DNA of 64,000 nucleotides, from positions 64,001-128,000 of the forward strand of contig JAYZAL010000036.1 in assembly GCA_036339735.1 (NCBI GenBank). Reading direction: 5' to 3'. Positions 20,113 through 29,857 of this stretch are shown here, in pieces. This DNA is from Candidatus Poribacteria bacterium (GTDB lineage Bacteria; Poribacteria; WGA-4E; UBA9662). How positions within the stretch are numbered: the first letter of the stretch is position 1; each line of letters starts with the position of its first letter. Both the position numbers and the translations under genes were made by a program. The notes beneath the pieces are model-generated. The model was not told where the DNA came from. It saw only the letters and a list, made by a program, of their open reading frames with translations, and did not search any database.

Positions 20113-23106
20113 CTAAAAAGGAAAGATCTGTTCCAATGAAATCCTAGTAATTTTACCATGTTTAGATAAAGATTCTAGATCCATTTTACTTGTGTCGCCA
20201 ACAATTGAGATCAGCTTTTTCCGATCTTTAACAGAGTCCTGATGAAAATCAAGCAGTAAGCCAAGATCCGACTGTAAAGTTTCTTTGTAGCGATTACGTC
20301 TGGGGTCTACATCCAACTGCTGATACTCCCAAGAACGAACAGCACCAATCACGTCACGAAAACCCACTTTCGCTGTCTTATATCGATTTATAATAGCATT
20401 CTTAGCAATCTTAAATCGCTCTTCCGAAACTGGAAGGTCATCTATCAAATTAACGAAAGCTTCAAGAGCTTCTGCAGTTTTATCAGCCTGACACAAAACC
20501 AATGCCACCATTCGATTTACATCCCCTTTCCGCTTTCCTGTTGCATACCGGGCATAACTGGCATAGGCCAAAGCTCTGGCTTCTCTTAGCTCTTGAAATA
20601 CGACCCCAGACATTCCTCCATCAAAGTATTCGTTATAAAGATTTATCGTTGACCGTTCAGCTTCGTCATAGACACCTCCACCAAAATCAAGGCGTACATA
20701 TGCTTGTGCAATTTCTTTATCAAACAGATAAATTTCAGACTCTTCTGATTGTCGAGGCACAAAAAATTCATACTCTGGAGGCTCACTTAATACTCCCTCC
20801 AAAGGATTACACGAATTTAGTTGTGATCGTAATTGAGGTAGAGAAAGAGTCCCAACATAACTAATATTATGCTGATAGCTGAACAAATCCAAGATCGATT
20901 TTGTCAATTCACCAACCGTCAATTCCCGAACATCCTCATTTGATAGAAGACGAAGCCTCGCGGACTTGTCACCATAAAGATTGTACTCAGCCATGGCTTG
21001 AGCGATCGACTGGTAGTTTTTTTTGGCATCTTCTCGATTAGCCAAAACAATTTTAATTAATTCTTTCAGTGTAGATTGATCAACTTTTGGCTGTTTTATC
21101 AAACTCAGAGCTAAAGCCAATGTTGCTCCAAAATTCTCGTCCAACCCAGAAATAGTTAGAGTCGACGATTGTTCAGCGACAGAAAAATTGAAATCTGAAC
21201 CGAGCTTATACCACTCTTCCTTCAATTCAGAGGCAGAAAAGTTAAATGTCCCTGATTTATCTAATAGCAAAGCCGCTATTCCCAACTTAGGGTGATGAAG
21301 CTTTCCAACATCAAAAGTGAAACTTAACTGGAATAAATCGTTTACCGGATTCGGAGTGTAGTAAAGCTTGACCCCCGGATAATGATCAATAGTTTGGTAA
21401 TCTCTCTCAGGCTCAATAAATGTAGGTTCAATATCGACAGTAGGCATTTCCAGAACGGACTTAGCAAATTCCGATTGTTGACTAGAATCAATTTGTATTG
21501 GATCAATTTTCGGTTTGTCGACCTGTGGTAGTTGATGTTGGTCATCTATTCGATAACCAACCACATAATTATCCCCAAAATATTTATTGGCCACGGCAAC
21601 CACGTCATCTTTAGTCAACTTTTCCATTCTTTCTATTGATCGAACGGCATAAGACCAATCTTGATCGGCAATAAATGCACTTCGCAACGCACTAACACGA
21701 CGGTAGTTATCCTCAAGCCCGGATTTCTCAGATTTTTTGAAGTCATTCACAATAGCTGGAATAATCCAGTCTTCAAAATCACCTTGCTTAATCAGATCAA
21801 TTTGTTCTAACAATAGTTTCTCAACTTCTTCTAATGATTGATCTTTTTTAGGAATTCCCCACAGTTCTTGACTACCATAGTCATTTTTAAATGAGGGGCG
21901 TGAACCTGCTTGGCGAAGCTTTTGCTGCTGATTTAAGTTGAGATTAATCAGTCCAGCAGTAGCATTGTCCAAGATCATATCACAAAGAGACAAGGCTGCT
22001 ACATCATCATGATTTTGTGGAACAGTACGAAAAACTACCATTACATATTCTTCACCCTCGTATTGAACCTTAACTCGCTCTATTTCATCAATTGGTTCTT
22101 CAACCCATGTTGTTGGTTTAGGAATTGGTTTAGGTTGCCAATTGCCAAAGTTCTCAGCAATGATCCTTATTGTTTCCGTGATGTCAATATGACCGGAAAG
22201 GCAGATGGCCATATTATTTGGTACATAATAAGTATTGAAAAAATCGTAAATTTTAGTCAATGACGGGTTTTTAAGATGATCGACTGTTCCTAGGATTGAT
22301 CTCCGATAAGGATGATTTTTATAAACTTTCTCATAGACTGCATCTCGAATTAGACGGTCTTTACTGTCCAGAGCTCGGTTTTTTTCTTCATAAACGACTT
22401 CCAATTCTGAATGAAATAGTCGGAAAATCGGTTCGCCGTACAGGCGGTGCGATTCAATTTTGGCCCATTGTTCGAGACGATTGGCTGGCAGGTTGATCAT
22501 GTAGGTAGTTAACTCGTTGCCAGTACCTGCATTTTTTAGAGAAGCCCCCATAGACTGATATAATTTATCAAGTTCGTTTGGGATAGCATACTTAGCTGCT
22601 AGCTGTGATTCAGCATTGATTTGGGAATATATAGTAGCTCTTTTTTCAAGATCAGTCTCAACAAAGTGTTCCTCGTAAAGTTGAGTGATACGCTCCAAAT
22701 GAACTTTCTCTGTTTGATAATCGGTAGTTCCTAATTCTTTTGTTCCTTTAAACAACAAGTGTTCTAAGTAATGGGCTAGACCAGTTGCATCTACCGGGTC
22801 ATGTTTCCCTCCTACCCTGACCACTACCTCCGCATGAAAACGTGGTTCTTCATGATTTTCAGTCAAGTAAACTTTTAAGCCATTATCCAGTTCAAAAATG
22901 GCTACATTCATCAAGTCGGAGGGGTCAGGATCATTGATACGACGATATCCCATCGTTTTCTCATTTCCTATTTGACTGACAGTATTCAGGGTGGAACTTT
23001 CAAGTACTATAGGTGTTGATGATCGGCGACCAAGACAACCAGGTAAACCCAAAACTACAAGAATAAGAACAATACGTAAAACACGAGCGCTTCGGTGATA
23101 TTTCAT
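20113..23106 (-). CDS. M16 family zinc peptidase (insulinase-like), probable lipoprotein
   Basis: GLAHYLEHLLFKGT (HxxEH), VFQELREARALAY; lipobox LPGC; 997 aa. Confidence 0.93.
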   Translation of the reverse strand: MKYHRSARVLRIVLILVVLGLPGCLGRRSSTPIVLESSTLNTVSQIGNEKTMGYRRINDPDPSDLMNVAIFELDNGLKVYLTENHEEPRFHAEVVVRVGGKHDPVDATGLAHYLEHLLFKGTKELGTTDYQTEKVHLERITQLYEEHFVETDLEKRATIYSQINAESQLAAKYAIPNELDKLYQSMGASLKNAGTGNELTTYMINLPANRLEQWAKIESHRLYGEPIFRLFHSELEVVYEEKNRALDSKDRLIRDAVYEKVYKNHPYRRSILGTVDHLKNPSLTKIYDFFNTYYVPNNMAICLSGHIDITETIRIIAENFGNWQPKPIPKPTTWVEEPIDEIERVKVQYEGEEYVMVVFRTVPQNHDDVAALSLCDMILDNATAGLINLNLNQQQKLRQAGSRPSFKNDYGSQELWGIPKKDQSLEEVEKLLLEQIDLIKQGDFEDWIIPAIVNDFKKSEKSGLEDNYRRVSALRSAFIADQDWSYAVRSIERMEKLTKDDVVAVANKYFGDNYVVGYRIDDQHQLPQVDKPKIDPIQIDSSQQSEFAKSVLEMPTVDIEPTFIEPERDYQTIDHYPGVKLYYTPNPVNDLFQLSFTFDVGKLHHPKLGIAALLLDKSGTFNFSASELKEEWYKLGSDFNFSVAEQSSTLTISGLDENFGATLALALSLIKQPKVDQSTLKELIKIVLANREDAKKNYQSIAQAMAEYNLYGDKSARLRLLSNEDVRELTVGELTKSILDLFSYQHNISYVGTLSLPQLRSQLNSCNPLEGVLSEPPEYEFFVPRQSEESEIYLFDKEIAQAYVRLDFGGGVYDEAERSTINLYNEYFDGGMSGVVFQELREARALAYASYARYATGKRKGDVNRMVALVLCQADKTAEALEAFVNLIDDLPVSEERFKIAKNAIINRYKTAKVGFRDVIGAVRSWEYQQLDVDPRRNRYKETLQSDLGLLLDFHQDSVKDRKKLISIVGDTSKMDLESLSKHGKITRISLEQIFPF

Positions 23107-23127
23107 TTGATTGCTGCCTCAAAAGAA

Positions 23128-23155
23128 AAAGCCCAAAGATAGGACTTTGGGCTTT
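23128..23155 (-). terminator. Intrinsic terminator downstream of the FAD oxidoreductase gene
   Basis: AAAGCCCAAAG-ATAGGA-CTTTGGGCTTT perfect stem; T-rich tract follows on the minus strand. Confidence 0.85.
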
Positions 23156-23196
23156 CCAATTTTGTTTGTTGGTGCACTCATCTTAGTTAAAAAATG

Positions 23197-23763
23197 TTAA
23201 TTGTCATCTGAGGGAACTTCATCCCAATCGCAGTAACGTCTCCCCTCTTTTTTCTCCTTCGACAAAATCAATAGAGCCGCGGACGCTCCATCTCCAGCAG
23301 AAATGATTGCCTGTACTTGGTGTGGGCGTGTAGTTCGTCCTACAACGAAGAGGTTTTCAACCGTGGTTTCCGCCTCTCGTGAAGCGGCAATTGCTCCTTC
23401 TTCGCCCTTCTTCAGCCCTAGACTTTCGGCTAATTCTCGGCTCGATCCGGTTGCAATAATCAAGTATTTACCAGAGTAATGTTGGTCCTCCGAAGTCATA
23501 ACCGAGAACCCGTCGTCATTTTTTGTAACTGTTTTCACTTGAGTTTCAACCAAGTTAGCGCCAAAACCCGTAATTTGTTGGCGAGCTACTTCCTGAAATT
23601 CTGTTCCTGTCATTTCAGGAATTCCTAAATAGTTGTAGAGCATTGCATAGTGCATTGGGGTTTCGTTCTGGCCAAAAACAGTAGTCTGAATCTCATTTTT
23701 GGCTAGGTATAAAGCGGCACTCAAACCGCCGGGGCCATCTCCGATAATAAGAGCACTCGACAT
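23197..23763 (-). CDS. Short thioredoxin-reductase-like FAD-dependent oxidoreductase
   Basis: IIGDGPGGLSAA, LIIATG, QAIISAGDGASAA; no CxxC and no NADPH domain. Confidence 0.8.
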   Translation of the reverse strand: MSSALIIGDGPGGLSAALYLAKNEIQTTVFGQNETPMHYAMLYNYLGIPEMTGTEFQEVARQQITGFGANLVETQVKTVTKNDDGFSVMTSEDQHYSGKYLIIATGSSRELAESLGLKKGEEGAIAASREAETTVENLFVVGRTTRPHQVQAIISAGDGASAALLILSKEKKEGRRYCDWDEVPSDDN

Positions 23764-24003
23764 CAATTTCCTCCTGTGGTCGATTTGGAAGACTCACGTA
23801 ACCTAAGCATCAATTCTAGCATAGTCACTGATTTGATGCAAAGTACTGGTTGATATCGTCAAAGATTGACAGCCTCTATTGCTAGTGTTAGAATGAGACT
23901 GAGCTGGATTCAGCCTTCCGTGGTTCAGCTAATTGGCAATGACCTAAAAAATAAAACGAACGAATTGATAAAAGTCCTTAGATCTAGGATTATTAAGGGT
24001 GTT

Positions 24004-24699
24004 ATGCGAATAAATCAGTTGATCCAAATTTCACCTTCGATTATGTGTGCCGATCTCTGTAATATGGAAGATGAATTGAGAAAGCTAGAATCAATAGGCG
24101 TTGATTTGCTTCACTTTGATTTAATGGATAGCCACTTTGTTCCCAATATGCCACTTGGTTTGGTACTGTTAGAACAGTTACGAAGCAAAACTGAATTACC
24201 CTATGATATTCATTTGATGGTAGATGATAACGACTTTTTTGTACAGAGGGTCGTCGAAATAGGTGTCCAACAAATTGCTGTGCACGTTGAATCTACAACT
24301 CATTTGGACCGAACATTATCCTTGATTCAGGAGAATAATGTTCGTGCTGGTGTGGCTCTCAACCCAGCTACACCACTAACAACGATTGAGTACATTTTAG
24401 ATCGTATTGACTTTGTAATGATTATGTCAGTAAATCCTGGTTTCGCTGGCCAAAAGATGGTCCCATCAGCTCTAAAAAAAATCGCTAACTGTCGAAATTT
24501 TCTGGACCAACATGGAATAAATATCCCAATCGAAGTAGACGGTAACGTCAGTTTTTCTAACATTCCAGATATGGTTGCAGCTGGAGCAGATATCTTGGTT
24601 GCTGGCACCAGTAGTATTTTCAACAAGGATGATGACTATTCAGAAAATATGGATAAAATAGAAAAAGCCATCCAACGAGGGCTAGAGAGAAGAAGGTAA
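24004..24699 (+). CDS. rpe: Ribulose-phosphate 3-epimerase family protein (Rpe/AlsE)
   Basis: SPSIMCAD, HFDLMDSHFVPN, DIHLMV, MSVNPGFAGQ, EVDG; start set at ATG 24004. Confidence 0.88.
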   Translation: MRINQLIQISPSIMCADLCNMEDELRKLESIGVDLLHFDLMDSHFVPNMPLGLVLLEQLRSKTELPYDIHLMVDDNDFFVQRVVEIGVQQIAVHVESTTHLDRTLSLIQENNVRAGVALNPATPLTTIEYILDRIDFVMIMSVNPGFAGQKMVPSALKKIANCRNFLDQHGINIPIEVDGNVSFSNIPDMVAAGADILVAGTSSIFNKDDDYSENMDKIEKAIQRGLERRR

Positions 24700-24707
24700 A
24701 TCTAACC

Positions 24708-25775
24708 GTGAGTCATACCGAAGAAACCATGCAAGCTTTAGTTCTCCGCGCAATTGGGGACGTACAATTGGAGCAGATACCTATACCAGCCGTTAAGTCG
24801 GGTTATGCAAGGATACGAATTGGGTTTTGTGGTGTATGTGGTTCAGATATACCCCGCTTGTTTTCGAAGGGAACCTATAATTTCCCTACTGTTTGTGGAC
24901 ATGAATTTTCCGGTACCATTGAGGAAACCCACGACAATAATGATTCTGAGTTTAAAGTTGGCGATCGAGTAGTAGTATTTCCTCTAATTTGGTGTGGCCA
25001 ATGTTCCGCTTGTGAGATCGGGCAATATGTAAAATGCCGTGATTACGATTATTTGGGTTCTCGTAGTAATGGTGCCTTTTCTGAGTATGTGATTGCCCCT
25101 ATAACAAACCTGATTTTAGTGCCAGAAATGGTTTCGCTAGAAGAAGCAGCCATGAGTGAGCCTGCAGCCGTTTCGCTGCATGCTCTCAAAAGAGGTAATT
25201 GCAGTGTTGGACAAACGATAGCCGTTTTTGGTGCAGGTCCAATTGGGTTAATTACTGCCCAATGGGCCAAAGTCATGGGAGTTCAAAAAATCATCTTGTT
25301 CGACATCATCCCAGAAAAATTGAAGCTGGCAAACCAAATGGGGATTGATTTGACATTTAACAACCGAGACCAAAACTCTCTTTCTGTTATCAACCAATTG
25401 ACTAATGGCAAGGGGGTCGACTTAGCCATTGAGGCAGCAGGCGTTCCATCAACCCTTATCGAAGCTCTGTCAGCTACTGCTTATGGAGGTCGGGTAGTCA
25501 TGCTAGGTAACCCTTCGTCTAGTGTGACCTTGTCGACCGACTTAATATCTCAGCTAATGAGACGCGAAGTAGACATTGTAGGTACTTGGAATTCAGACTT
25601 TAGTGTCTGTGGTAACAGCGATGACTGGCGAACAGTTCTGCAGGCAATGGCTTTGAAAACACTGGATTTACGATCCTTAGTCACACATCAAGTAAAACTA
25701 GCGTACGCACTTGACGCTCTGAGAATGATGAAAGATCAAAGCGATTTTTTTTCAAAAGTGTTGATATCTCCTTGA
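24708..25775 (+). CDS. Zn-dependent sugar-alcohol dehydrogenase (galactitol-1-phosphate 5-dehydrogenase-like)
   Basis: GVCGSD, GHEFSG, CGQCSAC...C, YDYLGSRSNG, GAGPIG. Confidence 0.85.
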   Translation: MSHTEETMQALVLRAIGDVQLEQIPIPAVKSGYARIRIGFCGVCGSDIPRLFSKGTYNFPTVCGHEFSGTIEETHDNNDSEFKVGDRVVVFPLIWCGQCSACEIGQYVKCRDYDYLGSRSNGAFSEYVIAPITNLILVPEMVSLEEAAMSEPAAVSLHALKRGNCSVGQTIAVFGAGPIGLITAQWAKVMGVQKIILFDIIPEKLKLANQMGIDLTFNNRDQNSLSVINQLTNGKGVDLAIEAAGVPSTLIEALSATAYGGRVVMLGNPSSSVTLSTDLISQLMRREVDIVGTWNSDFSVCGNSDDWRTVLQAMALKTLDLRSLVTHQVKLAYALDALRMMKDQSDFFSKVLISP

Positions 25776-25813
25776 ATAGGTAAAATGAATAAAAAAATAC
25801 GAAATACAAATAT

Positions 25814-26917
25814 ATGACTAACTTAACCTACTATTTAGATCAGCCAGGCTCTACTTTTACCAAAGTGAGTGAAGTGATACCAGAACCAAAAGCTGGAGAA
25901 ATTAGACTAAAAACCTTGCGAACATCAGTTTGCCAATCTGATGTGATTATTCAGAAACAAGGGCTGCCTCGAATCACAAATTGGCCGGCCATCTTATTGC
26001 ACGAAGCCGCCTGCTTAGTGGATTCAGTAGGGGCTGGTGTTACAGAATTCTCTAGTGGAGATTTAGTTGGTTTGGGTTGCGATATTCCTTGCGGAGATCT
26101 GGATTGCATTTACTGTGGTGAAGAAGGAACAGGTGATTGGACTAGTTGTCCGAACACACAAGCCACGGGCCACGAATTTCCCGGTTTTTCCCGATCTTAC
26201 GCTGTCTTGCCCAATTGGTTTGTCAAATTAGGACCAATCGTCAAATTCCCGACGGCATTCAATCCCAACCACGTTTGCCAACTAGAACCTCTGGCTTGTG
26301 TTCTTGAAGGAATGACTCGAGTTCGGAACTGTATCAAAGACCGAATTGTAGTGTTGATTGGGGCTGGCTCGCAAAGTACCTATGCGTTACAATGTGCTCA
26401 GGCTATGAAAGCAAGAAAGATCATCGTCATCAATCGAGGCGCAGAGCGACTCGATCGAGTTATGGCTGATTTTGGAGCTGATAACATCGTTGGATTTCGA
26501 TGGGACCATCAAGTTGTTGATAAAGTATTTAGAGCTTGTCACCCATTTAACGAACCACACTTCGTTATGGTCAATGCCCCGTGTTTGGAAGCTTATGAGC
26601 TAGCTACTAAGTTAATGGGATACGGTACGGTATTAGATGGGCACGCCGGAGTCAAAAGCGCCAAGGGAAAACCGAACATTGATCACCAAATTGACTTGAA
26701 TAACGACATTCATTATCGACTTCAATGTTATCAGGCAACACACGGATCAAGCATGTATGGAATCCGTCTGGCGCAACGTTTTTTGTCAGAAGGTCGACTA
26801 CCCAAAATCGACTTAATGACCAATTCAACGGAACAATTTCAACACTCCCAAATAGACAAGGCCATCGAAAGAGCAGCGGATCCAGACAGCTTAAAAGTAA
26901 TCATTGAATGGGATTAA
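25814..26917 (+). CDS. Divergent Zn-binding MDR-family dehydrogenase
   Basis: SVCQSD, LHE, four-Cys cluster, LEPLAC, GAGSQS, LKVII. Confidence 0.78.
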   Translation: MTNLTYYLDQPGSTFTKVSEVIPEPKAGEIRLKTLRTSVCQSDVIIQKQGLPRITNWPAILLHEAACLVDSVGAGVTEFSSGDLVGLGCDIPCGDLDCIYCGEEGTGDWTSCPNTQATGHEFPGFSRSYAVLPNWFVKLGPIVKFPTAFNPNHVCQLEPLACVLEGMTRVRNCIKDRIVVLIGAGSQSTYALQCAQAMKARKIIVINRGAERLDRVMADFGADNIVGFRWDHQVVDKVFRACHPFNEPHFVMVNAPCLEAYELATKLMGYGTVLDGHAGVKSAKGKPNIDHQIDLNNDIHYRLQCYQATHGSSMYGIRLAQRFLSEGRLPKIDLMTNSTEQFQHSQIDKAIERAADPDSLKVIIEWD

Positions 26918-26978
26918 CCTTCAAGTCCCCGTATGAGTTGAATAGCCTCTACTCTGGCATGTGAAACTTATTTCTTCA

Positions 26979-27992
26979 TCAATCCCAAGGATCAAGAACC
27001 ACTTTTCCAACGTCGCCAGTCAACTGCTGTTCCCAAGCTGTCTGAACTTGACTCATTCCATACTCGTGTGTGATGAATTTATCCAATTGATCTCCTACTT
27101 GGCTTATTACCTTTATCAGAGCAGGAAAATCAGACAGACTGTAGTGCCAATTACCACGGAGAACAATTCCTTTCCGAATCATATCACTACTGGCTCCCAA
27201 AGGAAAGTTACCCCCCTCACCTATAAAACAAGCTTGACCTTTTCGCTTTAATGAATCAACCATCAGCCGATGGGCAGCCGAAGCACCGGAACAATCCATG
27301 GCTTTATCAACGCCCAAACCATCGGTCAAATCCTTGATCTTATCCAGAATGTGTTCATCTGTTGGGTCAAAAACAGCAATTGCTCCCAATTCCTTCGCTA
27401 GACTAGCGCGGAAGGGCTGACTTTCAACAGCAATCACTTTCGCACCCCGGAAATGCCCATTAATAACACCGCCAAGCCCAACAGGCCCCATACCTGTGAT
27501 CATTACTGTATCTAACGCATTAACGTCCATCTGTTGCATAGCCCCAAATGTAGGGCCCAACCCACAACATGCCATTCCGGCATGGTGAAAACTAATTTCT
27601 TCAGAGAAAGGTGATAATAACCAATCAGGTTTGAGAATGTATTGGGCATATGTAGATCCTGCTGATTGTCCTTCGGGCAATCTCCTTCCAGCTTGGCAGT
27701 GAATGTGTTCTCCATCCAAACAGAGCCAGCAAGTACCGCAACCTAATTGAGGTTGAACAACCACCCGATCTCCGACTTTTACACGTCCAGCTTGCGCGAC
27801 TTCGACTACTTCACCAGCTGCTTCATGGCCAAAACCAACTGAGTCCTGTTCTCTCTCTCTTTTAAAACCTTTGTATTCAGTACACATTGGCACTGATCTT
27901 ATTTTAACCACGACAAAATCGTCAATAGCTTTTGGATCTGGTCGGTCAATGGTTCCACCGGTCCCATCAGCAAACATGGCTGCAATTTTCAT
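26979..27992 (-). CDS. Zn-binding MDR-family dehydrogenase
   Basis: PMCTE, GHEAAG, CGTCWLC...C, GMGPVG, GKVVL. Confidence 0.88.
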   Translation of the reverse strand: MKIAAMFADGTGGTIDRPDPKAIDDFVVVKIRSVPMCTEYKGFKREREQDSVGFGHEAAGEVVEVAQAGRVKVGDRVVVQPQLGCGTCWLCLDGEHIHCQAGRRLPEGQSAGSTYAQYILKPDWLLSPFSEEISFHHAGMACCGLGPTFGAMQQMDVNALDTVMITGMGPVGLGGVINGHFRGAKVIAVESQPFRASLAKELGAIAVFDPTDEHILDKIKDLTDGLGVDKAMDCSGASAAHRLMVDSLKRKGQACFIGEGGNFPLGASSDMIRKGIVLRGNWHYSLSDFPALIKVISQVGDQLDKFITHEYGMSQVQTAWEQQLTGDVGKVVLDPWD

Positions 27993-28252
27993 TTTGATTC
28001 TCCAAGTTCCAAATAGTTGCCAATCATATTGCTCATCATAACAAATCGAGACTCAAAATTCTATCTTAAACTTTTCAGTTTTATTAAATCTCTCATTTCA
28101 AGTATCCGCTCAACCAAACCTCTGTTTAAAACCCTTTTCGTGGATATTAAATCAGAATTTGGCAATGATTCAGGAAAAATCGGATTATTCCCATATAATC
28201 TCAAATCCTAATGGTAATTTCCACCGAAAATTGATCATTTCACAAAAGCCAT

Positions 28253-29857
28253 ATGTTCATGCTACACTCAGACAAAGCCGCAGGTAAAAATTACCCCGTG
28301 TCGGAAAGATTAAGAGCGAAATTAGTAACAATCCGAAAGGATCAATCAATCTTCATCGGCTTGATTTGTCTACACTTACTGCCAATTTGGCTTTTCCCTT
28401 TTTTCCCTACCCAAGATGGTATAAGCCACGTGTACAATGCTCATGTCCTGTGTGAGTATCGAAATCCAACCTACCATTTTCAAGACTTTTATGACATCAA
28501 CTGGAGCTTTTTTCCGAATTGGTTATCTCATTTTGGGCTAGCTATCCTAATGCGTCTATTTTCTCCACTTCTAGCTGAAAAATTTTTTTTATCCGCTTAT
28601 GTAATTCTTTTCCCGTGTGCTATATCCTATTTTATCAATAGCTTTAACACTGAAAAGCTAGGCTTATCTACATGGCTTTCTTTTTTTTTCATCTACAATT
28701 ATCTTTTTTTGATGGGATTTTACAACTATGCGGTTGGTGTATCACTGTTCTTTTTAATTCTCGGTTTTTGGTGGCGGTGTAAAGAAAAACTTGGTTTGAA
28801 TCGTATATTAATTCTGAATTTATTATTTCTTATCACGTATTTTTCACATTTAGTTCCATATGTTTTTGCCCTTGGTTCTATTGGGTTATTGTCTTTACTA
28901 GCTCTATGTCAAAAACCAAGACTGTTACTTCGCAATTTTTTAGCCCTATTACTGCCTACATCATTATTGTTGTATTATTTGCCGACCTCCGACCTTTTTA
29001 GGACTTCATCTCCAAAAATTAGTTTCGATCGAGTCGGTATATTACTGAGCGATTTTTTAAATCTGCGTATTTTAGTAGCTTTTGATAATCAACAAGAAAT
29101 AATTGCCAAGATGGTGATGGCCATTTTGGTCTTTTATGTACTTTACAGTTTTTGGCAGGAATCGAAACAAATAATACACAAGGGGCAATGGCTATCAACA
29201 CCGTCCTTACTGGTGCTGATCTTATTTTTTTCTCTTTTCTTTCAATACTTGGTTTATCCTAACTCGGTCGGGCCAGGTGGATGGTTAAATGACCGAATTG
29301 CTATTTTATCTGTTATTGTGTTACTAGCTGTTTTAGCCCCAATTGAACAAAAATGGATAAAGCAGGTGTTTGGCTTCATTGTACTAATCACAGTTATCCT
29401 AAACTTGATTAATATATCTGTTTCTTGCTATCGGCTGAATGAGGAAATAAGAGAATTCAATGCGTTGAGAGACAAAATCGGGGAAAACAAAGTTCTGTTG
29501 CCTCTGTTCTTTGATTCAAATGGATCGGCCAAACGCATCGGAATATTTGTTAATGGAGCTAGCTATTACTGTTTGTCCAATGGCGGTATCAATCTGGGCA
29601 ATTACGAAGTGCAGTTTGACTACTTTCCTATCAATTTTAAGAGTAGTTTCCTGCCTCCCGTCAACGATAAAGAATGGGTTCAAGCTGTTCATTGGGAGAA
29701 GGATCGTATTGATCTATGTGGTTACGTTCAGAATGTAAACTACGTTTTAACATGGGGTAATCCCGACCCAAATACTGCTCAAGCCTTGAGTGATTGTTAC
29801 AAGTTAATTCACGATCGTGGAAGATTAAAATTATATCGCGGGCAAAGGAGCCAATAG
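28253..29857 (+). CDS. Polytopic membrane protein, possible GT-C-fold glycosyltransferase
   Basis: About 12 TM helices, PTQDGISH in the first loop, MGFYNY, YFSHLVP, soluble C-terminal domain. Confidence 0.55.
   Translation: MFMLHSDKAAGKNYPVSERLRAKLVTIRKDQSIFIGLICLHLLPIWLFPFFPTQDGISHVYNAHVLCEYRNPTYHFQDFYDINWSFFPNWLSHFGLAILMRLFSPLLAEKFFLSAYVILFPCAISYFINSFNTEKLGLSTWLSFFFIYNYLFLMGFYNYAVGVSLFFLILGFWWRCKEKLGLNRILILNLLFLITYFSHLVPYVFALGSIGLLSLLALCQKPRLLLRNFLALLLPTSLLLYYLPTSDLFRTSSPKISFDRVGILLSDFLNLRILVAFDNQQEIIAKMVMAILVFYVLYSFWQESKQIIHKGQWLSTPSLLVLILFFSLFFQYLVYPNSVGPGGWLNDRIAILSVIVLLAVLAPIEQKWIKQVFGFIVLITVILNLINISVSCYRLNEEIREFNALRDKIGENKVLLPLFFDSNGSAKRIGIFVNGASYYCLSNGGINLGNYEVQFDYFPINFKSSFLPPVNDKEWVQAVHWEKDRIDLCGYVQNVNYVLTWGNPDPNTAQALSDCYKLIHDRGRLKLYRGQRSQ

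Noticed and set aside
23866-24003. N-terminal extension of the epimerase
   Set aside because: TTG start without family similarity; homology begins near ATG 24004
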